Shown: positions 7,992 to 18,274, numbered from the stretch's first letter. The stretch: 36,902 nt of DNA from Burkholderiales bacterium (GCA_947448105.1 CANFNE010000001.1:1-36902); one strand, 5' to 3'. The notes: a model not told the origin generated them from the sequence alone. Made by a program: numbers and translations.

Positions 7992-9587
7992 CTATTCCTC
8001 CGCTGCTGCCGGAATTTTTTTCTCCAGCCCCAACTCCTGAATCTTGCGGGTAATCGTATTGCGGCCAATGCCCAGTTTTTGCGCCGCTTCGATGCGCCGA
8101 CCCCGCGTGTTGGTCAGCGCCGCCTGAATCAAGCGCGCTTCAAAACGGCGGGTCAAAACGTCCCACACTTCCGGGTGCCCGCTGCGCAGCAAGCCCAGTG
8201 CCTCGTCTTCGAGCTCCAGCTCCCAGCCCGTCAAAGGCCCGGGGTTGGTGCCAACAGAAATGCCGCCGGTGTCATGCGGCCACACCAGATCGGTATCCGT
8301 AGTTTCGGGCGTCACCAGGTCTGCCAAGACGCTTTCGCTCGGAGCTTGCATCAGCGCTGCTGACAAGGAACTAACCCCCGGCCCGCCCGGCGCGAGGCCC
8401 GCGTCAGGCGCGCCTGCGCCGCGCGCAAGGCCAAATTCCGGTGGCAAGTCCTTGGGTTCAATCACCTGCGCCGGGGCCATTACGGTCAGCCAGTGGCAGA
8501 TGTTCTCTAACTGACGCACGTTGCCGGGGAAGGCGAAATTTTCCAGGGCCAAGACCGCGCTGTCGGCAATGCGTTTGGGCTCGACACCCAGCTGCTTGGC
8601 GCTGTGCTGCAAAAAGTGCCGGGTGAGCATGGGAATGTCTTCGCGGCGCTCGCGCAGCGCGGGCAGGCGCAGACGAATCACGTTAAGCCGGTGGTACAAG
8701 TCCTCGCGAAACACGCCCTCTTTGACGCGCTGCTCTAAATCCTGGTGGGTCGCGGCAATCACACGCACATTGGTTTTGACCGCGCTGTGGCCTCCCACGC
8801 GGTAAAAATGCCCGTCGCTGAGCACACGCAGCAAGCGGGTTTGCAGCTCGAACGGCATGTCGCCAATTTCGTCCAAAAACAGCGTGCCCTCGTCCGCCTG
8901 CTCAAAACGGCCCCGGCGTTGTGCCTGGGCACCTGTGAAAGCGCCGCGCTCGTGGCCAAACAGTTCGCTCTCGAGCAAGTCTTTGGGAATGGCTGCGGTG
9001 TTGATGGCCACAAACGGGCCGTTCGCCCGCGGCGAGTGCTTGTGCAAAGCGCGCGCCACCAATTCTTTGCCAGAACCAGACTCGCCGGTGATCATCACCG
9101 TGACGTTGCTTTGGCTCAAGCGGCCGATGGCACGAAACACGTCTTGCATGGCCGGCGCCTGGCCCAGCATTTCAGGCGTGTCGCTCATGCGTTCTTCGGC
9201 CACTTCTTCGCGCTGGCTCTCTTGCACCGCGCGGCGGATCAGCTCTACCGCCTTGGGCAGGTCAAACGGCTTGGGCAGGTATTCAAAAGCCCCGCCCTGA
9301 AATGCACTGACTGCGCTATCGAGGTCTGAGAACGCCGTCATGATGATCACCGGCAAGCCGGGGTGGCGCGCTTTGACCTTTTCCAGCAAATCCAGACCCG
9401 AGCCGCCAGGCATACGGATGTCGCTCACCAGGATTTGCGGCGCGTCTTCGTCGGTGGCGTCCTCCAGCGCAGCGAGCACATCGCGCGGGTTGGAAAAGCT
9501 GCGCGTAGGCAGGTGCTCGCGCAACAAGGCCTTCTCCAGAACGAACCGGATGGACTGGTCATCGTCTACGATCCAAATCGGTTTCAT
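7992..9587 (-). CDS. ntrC: Nitrogen regulation response regulator NtrC (sigma54 activator)
   Basis: Receiver domain (IVDDD, SDIRMPG), AAA+ GESGSGKE and GAFTGA, C-terminal HTH LGIGRNTITRKI; follows ntrB. Confidence 0.97.
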   Translation of the reverse strand: MKPIWIVDDDQSIRFVLEKALLREHLPTRSFSNPRDVLAALEDATDEDAPQILVSDIRMPGGSGLDLLEKVKARHPGLPVIIMTAFSDLDSAVSAFQGGAFEYLPKPFDLPKAVELIRRAVQESQREEVAEERMSDTPEMLGQAPAMQDVFRAIGRLSQSNVTVMITGESGSGKELVARALHKHSPRANGPFVAINTAAIPKDLLESELFGHERGAFTGAQAQRRGRFEQADEGTLFLDEIGDMPFELQTRLLRVLSDGHFYRVGGHSAVKTNVRVIAATHQDLEQRVKEGVFREDLYHRLNVIRLRLPALRERREDIPMLTRHFLQHSAKQLGVEPKRIADSAVLALENFAFPGNVRQLENICHWLTVMAPAQVIEPKDLPPEFGLARGAGAPDAGLAPGGPGVSSLSAALMQAPSESVLADLVTPETTDTDLVWPHDTGGISVGTNPGPLTGWELELEDEALGLLRSGHPEVWDVLTRRFEARLIQAALTNTRGRRIEAAQKLGIGRNTITRKIQELGLEKKIPAAAEE

Positions 9588-9615
9588 GTAAGGGCGCTTT
9601 CTTCAGGTTGGGCGA

Positions 9616-10680
9616 CTAAGGGAGCGGAATCAATATCTTGAAATCCGTGCGGCCCGGCACGCTATCGACTTCGATCTGTCCGTGGTGTTGCTGCACAAAG
9701 GTTTGCGCCAGCGTCAGCCCCAGCCCAGAGCCACCCTCCCGCCCCGACACCAGGGGATAAAAGATGCGCTCCTTGATCGAATCTGGCACGCCAGGTCCGT
9801 TGTCTATGACATGCAATTCCAGTGCCAGCCGATAGCGGGTTTTACCGAACGTGATTTGCCGTGCCACCCGCGTGCTGAAAGTCAGGCAGGCATCGCCCTG
9901 GGCCATGCGCTCGGCCAGCGCCTGACAAGCGTTGTGGGCGATGTTGAGCACGGTCTGAATCAGTTGCTCGCGATCACCGCGAAACTCGGGAATCGAGGTG
10001 TCGTAGTCACGTACCACCCGCAGTCCCTTGGGAAACTCCGCCAAGATCAAGGAACGCACACGTTCGCACACCTCATGGATGTTGACATCTCCCACCATGT
10101 GCGGTCGGCGATGCGGCGCGAGCAAACGGTCCACCAAGGCTTGCAAGCGGTCGGCTTCGCGGATGATGACCTGGGTGTATTCGGTCAATTCAGTGGAATC
10201 AATTTCCATTTCCAGCAACTGCGCTGCACCCCGAATTCCCCCCAGTGGATTCTTGATTTCATGCGCGAGGTTGCGGATCAGCTCCTTGTTCGCCTGCGCG
10301 CGCTCGGCCAGCCGCTCCTCGCGGTCCTGTCGGGTTTGCTGCTCAAGAGGCACCAACTCCACTACGAAATGCTGACCGTCTTCGGCGTCGGTCACGATCA
10401 CATGCACGGGTAAGGAGTCCATGCCAACGCGGCGCAAAAAGGCGTCGTAGCGCATCGCGGCGTAGGCATTTTTGGTGGCACCGTGGATGGCTTCGCGCAA
10501 CGCGCTGGGGTCACTGAATACATCGTTCAAGCGCGACCCCACAATCGCGCGGCGCGAAATGCCCAGACTGTCTTCCAGCGCCGCGTTGGAGAACACCACG
10601 ACCGTGTCGGCGCGCACCACGGCAATCAGACTGGCAAGCAGATCAAAGGGTTGAAACTTCAATGTGGTTTCCATTGACAT
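9616..10680 (-). CDS. ntrB: Nitrogen regulation histidine kinase NtrB
   Basis: PAS-like N-terminus, LAHEIKNPLGGIRGAAQLL, DNGPG, GSGLGL; lies between glnA and ntrC. Start may be 10674. Confidence 0.96.
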   Translation of the reverse strand: MSMETTLKFQPFDLLASLIAVVRADTVVVFSNAALEDSLGISRRAIVGSRLNDVFSDPSALREAIHGATKNAYAAMRYDAFLRRVGMDSLPVHVIVTDAEDGQHFVVELVPLEQQTRQDREERLAERAQANKELIRNLAHEIKNPLGGIRGAAQLLEMEIDSTELTEYTQVIIREADRLQALVDRLLAPHRRPHMVGDVNIHEVCERVRSLILAEFPKGLRVVRDYDTSIPEFRGDREQLIQTVLNIAHNACQALAERMAQGDACLTFSTRVARQITFGKTRYRLALELHVIDNGPGVPDSIKERIFYPLVSGREGGSGLGLTLAQTFVQQHHGQIEVDSVPGRTDFKILIPLP

Positions 10681-10681
10681 A

Positions 10682-11146
10682 TCAGCGCACCGGTGCAGCG
10701 CTCAGGCGCGCGATCTCGCGCTTGAGGCTGGCGATATCTGCCTCATTGCGCTGGAGGTTGGCTTTCATTTCAGCGACCCGATCCAGGTACTTTTGGTAAT
10801 TGCGCGCTTCGACCCCGACTTTTTCGGGCTCGCCGTTGTTGTAATCCTTTTGCAGTTCCGCCTGGAGCGCCTGCGCTTTCTTTAACTCGGACTCCAAGAT
10901 AAACCGCGCATCCGCATCCTTGCTGCGTTGTACATCCGATCGCAGCGAAGGCGCTTGTCCGCTGCCAGGCGGCAACTTCACGGCGGGCACCACAGTCACA
11001 TTGCCCTGCGTGATCAAGGTGCATTTTGCGATGCCACCGGGCGGGGGCATATTGGTGTACTCGTTGCCGCAGCGGTAAATGCGGTCTTGCAAAAACGCAG
11101 TTCCCCCTAAGGCCAATACCAGAACCATCCCTGTCAATCTCACCAT
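10682..11146 (-). CDS. Exported hypothetical protein with C-terminal coiled coil (DUF4124-like)
   Basis: ATG at 11146 with AGGAG upstream; signal-like N-terminus, IYRCGNEYTN, helical C-terminus. Confidence 0.75.
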   Translation of the reverse strand: MVRLTGMVLVLALGGTAFLQDRIYRCGNEYTNMPPPGGIAKCTLITQGNVTVVPAVKLPPGSGQAPSLRSDVQRSKDADARFILESELKKAQALQAELQKDYNNGEPEKVGVEARNYQKYLDRVAEMKANLQRNEADIASLKREIARLSAAPVR

Positions 11147-11163
11147 TGCACGCGCTCCTGAAA

Positions 11164-11195
11164 TAGAAAAAGACGGCCAAAGCCGTCTTTTTCTA
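11164..11195. terminator. Intrinsic terminator downstream of glnA (symmetric, possibly bidirectional)
   Basis: TAGAAAAAGACGGC-CAAA-GCCGTCTTTTTCTA, a perfect 14-bp inverted repeat with T tracts on both strands. Confidence 0.85.
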
Positions 11196-11266
11196 GCGAT
11201 CATTGTGGCTTGATGCTACCCCAGGGCGATGCGCACAAGGGGAACCATCCACAAAACGACCGGCAA

Positions 11267-12682
11267 TTACAGCGAGTAATACATATCAAACTCGATGGGG
11301 TGGGTCGACATGCGCAAGCGTGTGACTTCGCCCATTTTGAGTTCGATATAGGCATCGAGCATGCTGTCGGTGAACACGCCGCCCTTGGTCAGGAAGGCGC
11401 GGTCCGCGTTCAGGCAGTCCAGCGCCTGGTCCAGGCTGTGGCAAACGGTTGGCACCAACGCGTCCTCTTCGGGTGGCAGGTGGTACAGGTCTTTGGTAGC
11501 GGCTTCGCCGGGGTGGATCTTGTTTTCCACGCCGTCCAGGCCCGCCATCATCAGAGCCGCAAAGCCCAGGTAGGGGTTCATCAATGGATCGGGGAAACGT
11601 GCTTCGATGCGGCGACCCTTGGGGTTGGCCACAAACGGAATACGGATTGATGCCGAGCGGTTGCGCGACGAGTATGCCAATTTGACCGGCGCCTCGTAGC
11701 CTGGCACCAGACGCTTGTAGCTGTTGGTACCGGGGTTGGTGATGGCGTTCAGGGCACGCGCGTGCTTGATGATGCCGCCGATGTAATACAGGGCGAAATC
11801 CGACAAACCGGCATAGCCGTCGCCGGCAAACAGGTTTTTGCCGTCTTTCCAGATCGACTGGTGCACGTGCATGCCTGATCCGTTGTCGCCAACGATGGGT
11901 TTGGGCATGAAAGTGGCGGTCTTGCCGTATGAATGCGCGACGTTTTGCACCACGTATTTCAGGATCTGGGTCCAGTCAGCGCGCTCCACCAGGGTGCTAA
12001 AGCGGGTGCCGATTTCGTTTTGGCCAGCGCCTGCCACTTCATGGTGGAACACCTCGACGGGCACGCCCAAGGATTCCAAAATCAGGGACATTTCAGCGCG
12101 CATGTCTTGCGTGCTGTCCACAGGAGGCACGGGGAAGTAGCCGCCTTTGACCGTGGGACGGTGGCCTTTGTTGCCGCCATCCATTTTGGTGCCCGAATTC
12201 CAGGGCGCTTCGACTTCGTCGATCTTGAAAAAGGTGCCCGACATGTCGGTGTTCCAGCGCACGTCATCAAAAATGAAGAATTCCGGCTCTGGGCCGAAGT
12301 AGGCCGTGTCACCAATGCCAGAGGCCTTGAGGTAGGCTTCCGCGCGCTTGGCGATCGAACGCGGGTCGCGGTCGTAGGCCTTGCCGTCGCTGGGCTCGAC
12401 CACGTCGCAGCTCAAAAACAGGGTGGTTTCTTCGAAGAAGGGGTCGATGTTGGCGGTGTTCGGGTCGGGCATGAGTTGCATGTCCGAAGCTTCAATGCCC
12501 TTCCAACCGGCAATCGACGAGCCGTCAAAGGCGTGGCCGGATGTGAATTTGTCTTCGTCAAAATGAGAGATGGGCACGCTGACGTGCTGCTCTTTACCAC
12601 GGGTATCGGTGAAGCGGAAGTCAACAAACTTGACTTCGTTGTCTTTCACCATCTTCATCACATCTGCGACGGTCTTGGCCAT
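11267..12682 (-). CDS. glnA: Glutamine synthetase type I
   Basis: [56 protein letters not shown] adenylylation motif; ATG at 12682 with AGGAG. Confidence 0.98.
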   Translation of the reverse strand: MAKTVADVMKMVKDNEVKFVDFRFTDTRGKEQHVSVPISHFDEDKFTSGHAFDGSSIAGWKGIEASDMQLMPDPNTANIDPFFEETTLFLSCDVVEPSDGKAYDRDPRSIAKRAEAYLKASGIGDTAYFGPEPEFFIFDDVRWNTDMSGTFFKIDEVEAPWNSGTKMDGGNKGHRPTVKGGYFPVPPVDSTQDMRAEMSLILESLGVPVEVFHHEVAGAGQNEIGTRFSTLVERADWTQILKYVVQNVAHSYGKTATFMPKPIVGDNGSGMHVHQSIWKDGKNLFAGDGYAGLSDFALYYIGGIIKHARALNAITNPGTNSYKRLVPGYEAPVKLAYSSRNRSASIRIPFVANPKGRRIEARFPDPLMNPYLGFAALMMAGLDGVENKIHPGEAATKDLYHLPPEEDALVPTVCHSLDQALDCLNADRAFLTKGGVFTDSMLDAYIELKMGEVTRLRMSTHPIEFDMYYSL

Positions 12683-12729
12683 CAAATACTCCTGTTGCAC
12701 GGTTGTAAAAAGTGTTGCCTGGATTTCCA

Positions 12730-12746
12730 TGCAGCTTCTATGCCAA
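12730..12746 (-). promoter_or_regulatory. Sigma54 -24/-12 promoter of glnA
   Basis: Minus strand TTGGCATAGAAGCTGCA = GG-N10-GC, about 50 nt upstream of the glnA start. Confidence 0.85.
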
Positions 12747-12859
12747 AAGGCAAGCCTGCACAGATTTGCTCAATCCACCCCCATTTTGCCCTGAGACGGC
12801 GCGCTTTTTGGCGCAGCAGCGGTAAACAGGGCTGGCGAGCGCTGACCCAGACAAATTAA

Positions 12860-12876
12860 CGCACAATATTGGTGCG
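12860..12876. promoter_or_regulatory. NtrC binding site (enhancer) 1
   Basis: CGCAC-AATATTG-GTGCG matches GCAC-N7-GTGC, about 115 nt upstream of the sigma54 element. Confidence 0.85.
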
Positions 12877-12896
12877 AAAAATCCATCAAGATCAGT

Positions 12897-13712
12897 TTAA
12901 GTGTTGGTGCGCACTATTTCGGGGCCAAGAGTACATCCGAAGCCAGCCAGGCCCTGCTGTAAGACCGCATAGGCTGCCTCAACTGCATGGGCCTCGCCCT
13001 TGACACCGAGTTCGATATGGCGGCCATAGGTCGGATGGTCCACGCTGGGCAGGCTGAACACCTTGACCGCGTGGCTACGTTCGATGTCTTCCATCAGCGG
13101 CGTGAGCGTGGCTTCCATGGCGCCCATCACGATCACCGACTTTTCCATCCAGTCCGCCTGGTTAAAGAATAGGGCGTAGTGCGTGTCAAGAACCCACTCC
13201 ACCATCGGCCAAGCCATCACAGGAAAGCCCGGCACAAAGTGCACCGCGCCACCCTGCGCGCCTTGGCAGCTGAACCCGGCAATCTTGTTGTAAGGGTTGG
13301 GAATAATGGCCGCGCCTGCGGGAAACATGCCCATGTTCAGGCGGTGCTGGTTGTCCGGGCGGTCGGGTTCAAAGGGCTGGCCGGTCTCGGTGGCGATGTC
13401 TTGCATGCGCTCCCATATCAGGTCGCGCGCTTGCGGATGGAGTCGCAGTTCGCAGCCGAGCGCACGGGCCGCACATTGGCGGGTATGGTCGTCGGGCGTG
13501 GCGCCAATGCCGCCAAAAGAAAAAACCACATCACCACTGGCAAACGCGGTGGCCAGCGTGGAGGTGATGCGCTGCGGGTCGTCGCCCACATAGTGGGCAT
13601 AAGTCACCTGCAGCCCCCGTGCGCCCAAAATGCGGATGGCTTGGGCCAGGTGCTTGTCGGCGCGCTTGCCGGAAAGAATTTCGTCGCCAATGATGATCAG
13701 GCCAAAGTTCAT
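12897..13712 (-). CDS. CinA-like / molybdopterin-binding (MoCF biosynthesis domain) protein
   Basis: LIIIGDEILSG, GGIGATPDDHT, VPGFP motifs. Confidence 0.9.
   Translation of the reverse strand: MNFGLIIIGDEILSGKRADKHLAQAIRILGARGLQVTYAHYVGDDPQRITSTLATAFASGDVVFSFGGIGATPDDHTRQCAARALGCELRLHPQARDLIWERMQDIATETGQPFEPDRPDNQHRLNMGMFPAGAAIIPNPYNKIAGFSCQGAQGGAVHFVPGFPVMAWPMVEWVLDTHYALFFNQADWMEKSVIVMGAMEATLTPLMEDIERSHAVKVFSLPSVDHPTYGRHIELGVKGEAHAVEAAYAVLQQGLAGFGCTLGPEIVRTNT
12911..12925. promoter_or_regulatory. Possible NtrC binding site 2, inside the 3' end of the CinA-like gene
   Basis: GCAC-TATTTCG-GGGC, one mismatch to GCAC-N7-GTGC, 50 nt from site 1. Confidence 0.5.
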
Positions 13713-14599
13713 AACTTTCCCAGGGGTACGCCCGGCGCGGCATGCGCTTGTCCAGGGCTTGGGGTCTGCGCATCAAGGACCACGCCGGCATCCGCGGCCG
13801 ACGCGCTGGCATCGCGCATCGCTTGGAGCGCACCCAGGCAAAAATGCACAAACCAGAGTGATGAAAATACAAAGATCAGGGTGTAAACCCAAATCGACAA
13901 GGGCACCAGCAGCGGTGCCATGGCGATGGCCATCAGCCCCACCGACCACAGCAAACTGGGCGCTGCGCCCAGCAAACCCACCACCAGGCCCATGGCCAAC
14001 AGGCTCGTGCGATGGATTTGCAGCAGGCTGCGCCGCTCGTCGGCACTGGCATGCGCCGCCAGCGCGTCAAAGGCCATCACCCGCCCCGTGAGCCAGCCCC
14101 AAATCAGGGGCGGCAGCACCAGCACCAGGGGCGGAACGATCCACATCGGAATGGACACCACCATGGCCACCAACGCCAGCAAGGACGCGCCCAGTGCCGA
14201 GCTGGCACTGGCAAAAAACGAGGCGCCGTGCAGTCGGGCGAGCCCGGAAAAGCGCCGCTGCGCCACCAATTGGACCAGCGCTGGCGTCATCAGCAGCGAC
14301 ACCAAGAGCAACGTGGACACCACCATCACAGGTGTCACCACCACAATCAGCAACAGGGGCGCGAGCATGCTCTTGGTGCCACCCAGGCCCACAGCGTCCA
14401 GCCAGGCCCACACCGTGCTGATCACCACCGACGACTCCAAAAATGCGCCCAGCGCGCCAATGGCATCGTGCCAATAAAAGTGCGCCAGGGCCGCGCTGCT
14501 GCCCATTAGCAGCAGCACCGGCACCAACGAAAGCCAGATGACGCGCGGGTGCAGGCAATAGGCTGCTGCCCGCCAAAACGAGGACACCAGCAGACTCAT
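13709..14599 (-). CDS. EI24/CysZ-like membrane protein
   Basis: Multi-TM protein starting MSLLVSSFWRAAAYCLHPRV; ATGA-type overlaps with both neighbours. Confidence 0.8.
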   Translation of the reverse strand: MSLLVSSFWRAAAYCLHPRVIWLSLVPVLLLMGSSAALAHFYWHDAIGALGAFLESSVVISTVWAWLDAVGLGGTKSMLAPLLLIVVVTPVMVVSTLLLVSLLMTPALVQLVAQRRFSGLARLHGASFFASASSALGASLLALVAMVVSIPMWIVPPLVLVLPPLIWGWLTGRVMAFDALAAHASADERRSLLQIHRTSLLAMGLVVGLLGAAPSLLWSVGLMAIAMAPLLVPLSIWVYTLIFVFSSLWFVHFCLGALQAMRDASASAADAGVVLDAQTPSPGQAHAAPGVPLGKL

Positions 14600-15591
14600 G
14601 GCCGCACCCACAGGCGCTGCAGCCCGCGCCACTGCTGCGACCAAAAACCGCGCCCGTAGTCCACGCCCTGCTCCACCTGGTTGCGCACGCCGGTGGGCGC
14701 GAACTGCACGGTGAAATCGGCGGTGCCAAAGAGCATGTCCCACCAAGGAAACAGCACGCCAAAGTTGTGTCCGCCCAGCACCGCAGGCGCTGCGCGCAAA
14801 ACCCCTGGCGCGTTGATCTGGCCCGCAGGGTGGCTCTCATGGCCAATGCCAATGCCGTGGTGCAGTCGGTGAAAGCGCGGGCTCACCAACAAGCGTTCGC
14901 CCCACGACCCAAACCACACCCGCAAATTGGCATGCTGCAGGCTTTCGCTCAGCTGGGCGATGGCTACCAAGGCGACAAACTGCCCCGGCGCCACGCCAAT
15001 GGCCAGCGCGGCCACGGCGAGAAACAGGTCGCGCAGCACGTCGTCGAGCAGGTGGTTGCGGTTGTCGCTCCACATGGTCATCTGGCGTTGGGCGTGGTGC
15101 AGCGCGTGCAACTGCCACCACCAGTCAAATTGGTGTTGTGCGCGGTGAAACCAGTAGTTCAGAAAATCAAATACCACCAGGTAAATCAGCATGCTCACCC
15201 ACGGACTGTCGCTCACACCGGGCCACAAGTCGTCGAGCTGCAGCGTGTGCAGGCCGTGAACCCGCAGCACGCCCATGGCGCTGTCCACCACCGGGTCCAG
15301 CGTAAAAAACAGCACCAGGCGGAACAAACCCAGGCGGTGGATCAGCGTGTACAGCACGTCCGTGCGCACGGTGGCGCCGTCGGTCACCGCTTCCACCGGG
15401 CGCCAGCGCTCCAGGGGCCCGATCACCAGCAGAATCACCAGCAGTTGCAAGAGGCCCACCAAAAACCAGCCGGTGCCCGCATAGCCCTGGTCCAAAAATC
15501 CGGCCAAGCCCAGCCCAAACATGGCCGGTTGCACCAGCGCCTCAAACAGCCAGCTTTGGGCCTGGGAAAATTGCTCGATCAACGCGTCCAT
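14596..15591 (-). CDS. Sterol desaturase / fatty acid hydroxylase family protein
   Basis: His boxes YWFHRAQH, LHALHH, QHAN, FHRLHH and the NFG....WD.LFGT motif. Confidence 0.92.
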   Translation of the reverse strand: MDALIEQFSQAQSWLFEALVQPAMFGLGLAGFLDQGYAGTGWFLVGLLQLLVILLVIGPLERWRPVEAVTDGATVRTDVLYTLIHRLGLFRLVLFFTLDPVVDSAMGVLRVHGLHTLQLDDLWPGVSDSPWVSMLIYLVVFDFLNYWFHRAQHQFDWWWQLHALHHAQRQMTMWSDNRNHLLDDVLRDLFLAVAALAIGVAPGQFVALVAIAQLSESLQHANLRVWFGSWGERLLVSPRFHRLHHGIGIGHESHPAGQINAPGVLRAAPAVLGGHNFGVLFPWWDMLFGTADFTVQFAPTGVRNQVEQGVDYGRGFWSQQWRGLQRLWVRP

Positions 15592-15599
15592 GACGTCGG

Positions 15600-16421
15600 C
15601 TAGCCCTTGTGCTGGGCGATCCAGCCCTGGTAGGCAGGGTGGGTGCGCAAAGTTTCAAAGCAAAAGCCCTTGGCTTGCAGGCCCACGATGAGAGGCTCAA
15701 GCACCGCGGGCGCCCATGGGTCTTTGCGCGACCAAATGCCCAGGTGCGCCATCAAAATATCGCCGCTGCGCACATCGCGTAGGGCCTTAGCCAGCAAGGC
15801 TGCATTGGGGTATTTGTCGCTGGGCAGCTCGTCACCCATGAACCCGGCGTCCGCCCAGGCCACATGGGCGTAGCCGCAGGAGCGGGCCGCCGCCAACAAC
15901 GCCGGCGACGTTTTGCCGCCAGGCGCCCGAAACAGCGGCAACGCGGGCTGCTGCGTGACTGCCCGCAGGCGGTCGGCCGATTGCTGGATTTGCGCGCAAT
16001 ACTGGGCGGCGTTCAGGGTCATCAAGGTGCCCGCCGACGCACCTGCCGTGGGCTGCATGCGGAACGCGGGCGCGCTGCCCTTGGCGGCGTCCGCGCGCCA
16101 ATACACATGGTCGAAGGTGTGCGAGGCAAAGGCGTGGCCCTCGCGGGCGCGCTCGCGCCACCACGGCGCCCAGTGCTCGCCCAGGCTGCCGTCGCCGGTT
16201 TTAGTCGCCTCGTTGGCGGCGAAAAACGTCACTTTGACCTGGTGGCGGGCCAAGACATCGGCAATCAGGGGCGCCACTTCCATGTGGCCGGTGTCAAAGG
16301 TCAGGTACACGGGCTTGCCGCACTGGGCTACAGGCGGGTTGGCACTTTGGGCAGGAGCTCCCCAAGCCAACACCGCGCACACCAGCGTCCAGCGCAAAGG
16401 GTGGCGGGGGCGCGAAGGCAT
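15600..16421 (-). CDS. Exported polysaccharide deacetylase (NodB/CE4) family protein
   Basis: VYLTFDTG, SHTFDH, FRAPGG, ILMAH; signal peptide. Start chosen at the ATG below the upstream stop. Confidence 0.88.
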   Translation of the reverse strand: MPSRPRHPLRWTLVCAVLAWGAPAQSANPPVAQCGKPVYLTFDTGHMEVAPLIADVLARHQVKVTFFAANEATKTGDGSLGEHWAPWWRERAREGHAFASHTFDHVYWRADAAKGSAPAFRMQPTAGASAGTLMTLNAAQYCAQIQQSADRLRAVTQQPALPLFRAPGGKTSPALLAAARSCGYAHVAWADAGFMGDELPSDKYPNAALLAKALRDVRSGDILMAHLGIWSRKDPWAPAVLEPLIVGLQAKGFCFETLRTHPAYQGWIAQHKG

Positions 16422-16444
16422 GGCAGTTGTCAGTGAAATGCGGA

Positions 16445-17419
16445 TTAACGCGGCGCGTGGTCCAGCGTCCAAACGCCATGCGGCGACTTGCCAACGGCCA
16501 CCTGGCGCACCACTTTGTGTGTGCTGGTGTCAATCACCGTGAGTTTCTTGATCCAGCGCGAGGCCACATAGATGTAGCGACCATCGGCCGACAAATCCAT
16601 GCAGTCCGGGCCGCCGGGCGCCACGAACTGGTCCACCACGGCCAGCGTCTGGAAGTCAATTTTGCTGATGGTATTGGCCACCCGGTTGCTCACCAGCACG
16701 TGGCGCTTGTCGCCCATGCTGCGAAAAGCGTGCGCAGCAGCGCCAGTAGGAATCGTCTTGACCAACTTGGGTGCGGCGCTCACGTCATAAACCTCCACAC
16801 CGGTGCCGCCGGTCATGCCGACCAGAAGCAGTTTGTCGTCGGGCGTACCGAACACGTCGGCAGGCAGCGATCCGGTCTTGATGCGCCACTTGATGGCCTC
16901 AGACGCCAAATCAATGGCGACCAGTTCGTCGCTTTCCTGCATGCTGGCGTACGCCGTGGTGCTCTTGCTGTCAATCCACACGTGGCTGGGCGTCTTGCCG
17001 GTAGGAATGCGCTTGGACAGCACCGGTTCCGTGCCGTTCCAGCGGTACAGGTCCACATGGTTGAGCCGGTTGCCCACGGTCACCAGCCATTTCATGTCCG
17101 GTGAAAACCGCAGTTGGTAGGGGTCCAAAATGCCGCGCACCGTGCGCTGCACGGCGGCCGTCTTAGGGTCCACAAACAAAAGTGAGTCACCCAACGCGTT
17201 GGCAATCACCAGCGACTTTTCGTCGGGCGTCAGGTACAGGTGGTGCGGCTCCTTGCCGGTATGAAAGCGCTGCGTCTCTTTCCAGTTCACCGGGTCGATC
17301 ACGCTGACACTGGCGTCTTGCGAATTGAGGACAAAAATCGGTGGCGGTGCATCGGCGGCTTTGGCCCCCGCGCACAACACCAGGGACGCAATAGCCAAAA
17401 AACGGTTCAAACGGTTCAC
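16445..17419 (-). CDS. YncE/YVTN-type beta-propeller exported protein
   Basis: Signal peptide; repeated TGKEPHH, TGKTPSH and VGKSPHG blades. Confidence 0.88.
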   Translation of the reverse strand: MNRLNRFLAIASLVLCAGAKAADAPPPIFVLNSQDASVSVIDPVNWKETQRFHTGKEPHHLYLTPDEKSLVIANALGDSLLFVDPKTAAVQRTVRGILDPYQLRFSPDMKWLVTVGNRLNHVDLYRWNGTEPVLSKRIPTGKTPSHVWIDSKSTTAYASMQESDELVAIDLASEAIKWRIKTGSLPADVFGTPDDKLLLVGMTGGTGVEVYDVSAAPKLVKTIPTGAAAHAFRSMGDKRHVLVSNRVANTISKIDFQTLAVVDQFVAPGGPDCMDLSADGRYIYVASRWIKKLTVIDTSTHKVVRQVAVGKSPHGVWTLDHAPR

Positions 17420-17530
17420 AAATGCCCTAATTCACAATATTCGTGCCAAACGGGCACGGGCTGAGTGTAGCCGTGGGATGGGGCTTATCCCTTGCGCCAA
17501 CACGGCCTTCGGGGCCGATTGCAGTGCGGT

Positions 17531-18274
17531 TCAGCCAGAAACCAGCGCCAGATCCGCCGCGTCCAGCCAGCGCCACTGCCCGGGTGCCAGGTCAGCGGGC
17601 AAGGCCAGGCCGCCGATCTGGGAGCGGCCCAAAGCCTCCACCCGGTTGCTCACGGCTGCGACCATGCGCTTGACCTGGTGGTATTTGCCCTCGGTCAGCG
17701 TTAGGCGCAAGTGGAACTCGGATACGGCTTCGCAGGCGGCAGCGCGCACGGGCTTGGGATCGTCGTCGAGCACCACGCCGCTGAGCAGCAAACCCACCTG
17801 GCGCGCGTCCAACGGGTGCTTGACCGTCACCTCGTAGACCTTGGGCACATGGTGGCGCGGCGAGCTCATGCGGTGGATGAACTTGCCGTCGTCGGTCAGC
17901 AGCAGCATGCCGGTGGTGTCCTGGTCCAAGCGCCCCACGGCCTGCACGCCTTGCACTGCGGCTTTTTGCGGCCGCAGACGCAATGGCGTTGGCAGCAAGG
18001 TGTAAATGCTGGGGTAGGTCGACGGCTTTTGCGAACACTCAGTGCCTGCGGGCTTGTTGAGCAGCACATAGGCTTTTTCAAAATACGGCCAGTCCACGCC
18101 TTGCACCCGAAAGCGCAAGCCGGGGGCGTCAAATTCGGTGCTGGCCTCCTTGCAGACTACCGGTGCAGCGCCCTGGCCTTCGCTGTACACCTGCACCAAG
18201 CCTTGCTGAATCAGGCCGGCGCAGACACGCCGGGTGCCAAAGCCCTGGCTGTAAAGAATCTCTTGAAGTTGCAT
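17531..18274 (-). CDS. rsuA: RsuA-family rRNA pseudouridine synthase
   Basis: LLNKPAG, VGRLDQDTTGMLLLTDDG, TEGKYHQVKRM. Confidence 0.9.
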   Translation of the reverse strand: MQLQEILYSQGFGTRRVCAGLIQQGLVQVYSEGQGAAPVVCKEASTEFDAPGLRFRVQGVDWPYFEKAYVLLNKPAGTECSQKPSTYPSIYTLLPTPLRLRPQKAAVQGVQAVGRLDQDTTGMLLLTDDGKFIHRMSSPRHHVPKVYEVTVKHPLDARQVGLLLSGVVLDDDPKPVRAAACEAVSEFHLRLTLTEGKYHQVKRMVAAVSNRVEALGRSQIGGLALPADLAPGQWRWLDAADLALVSG

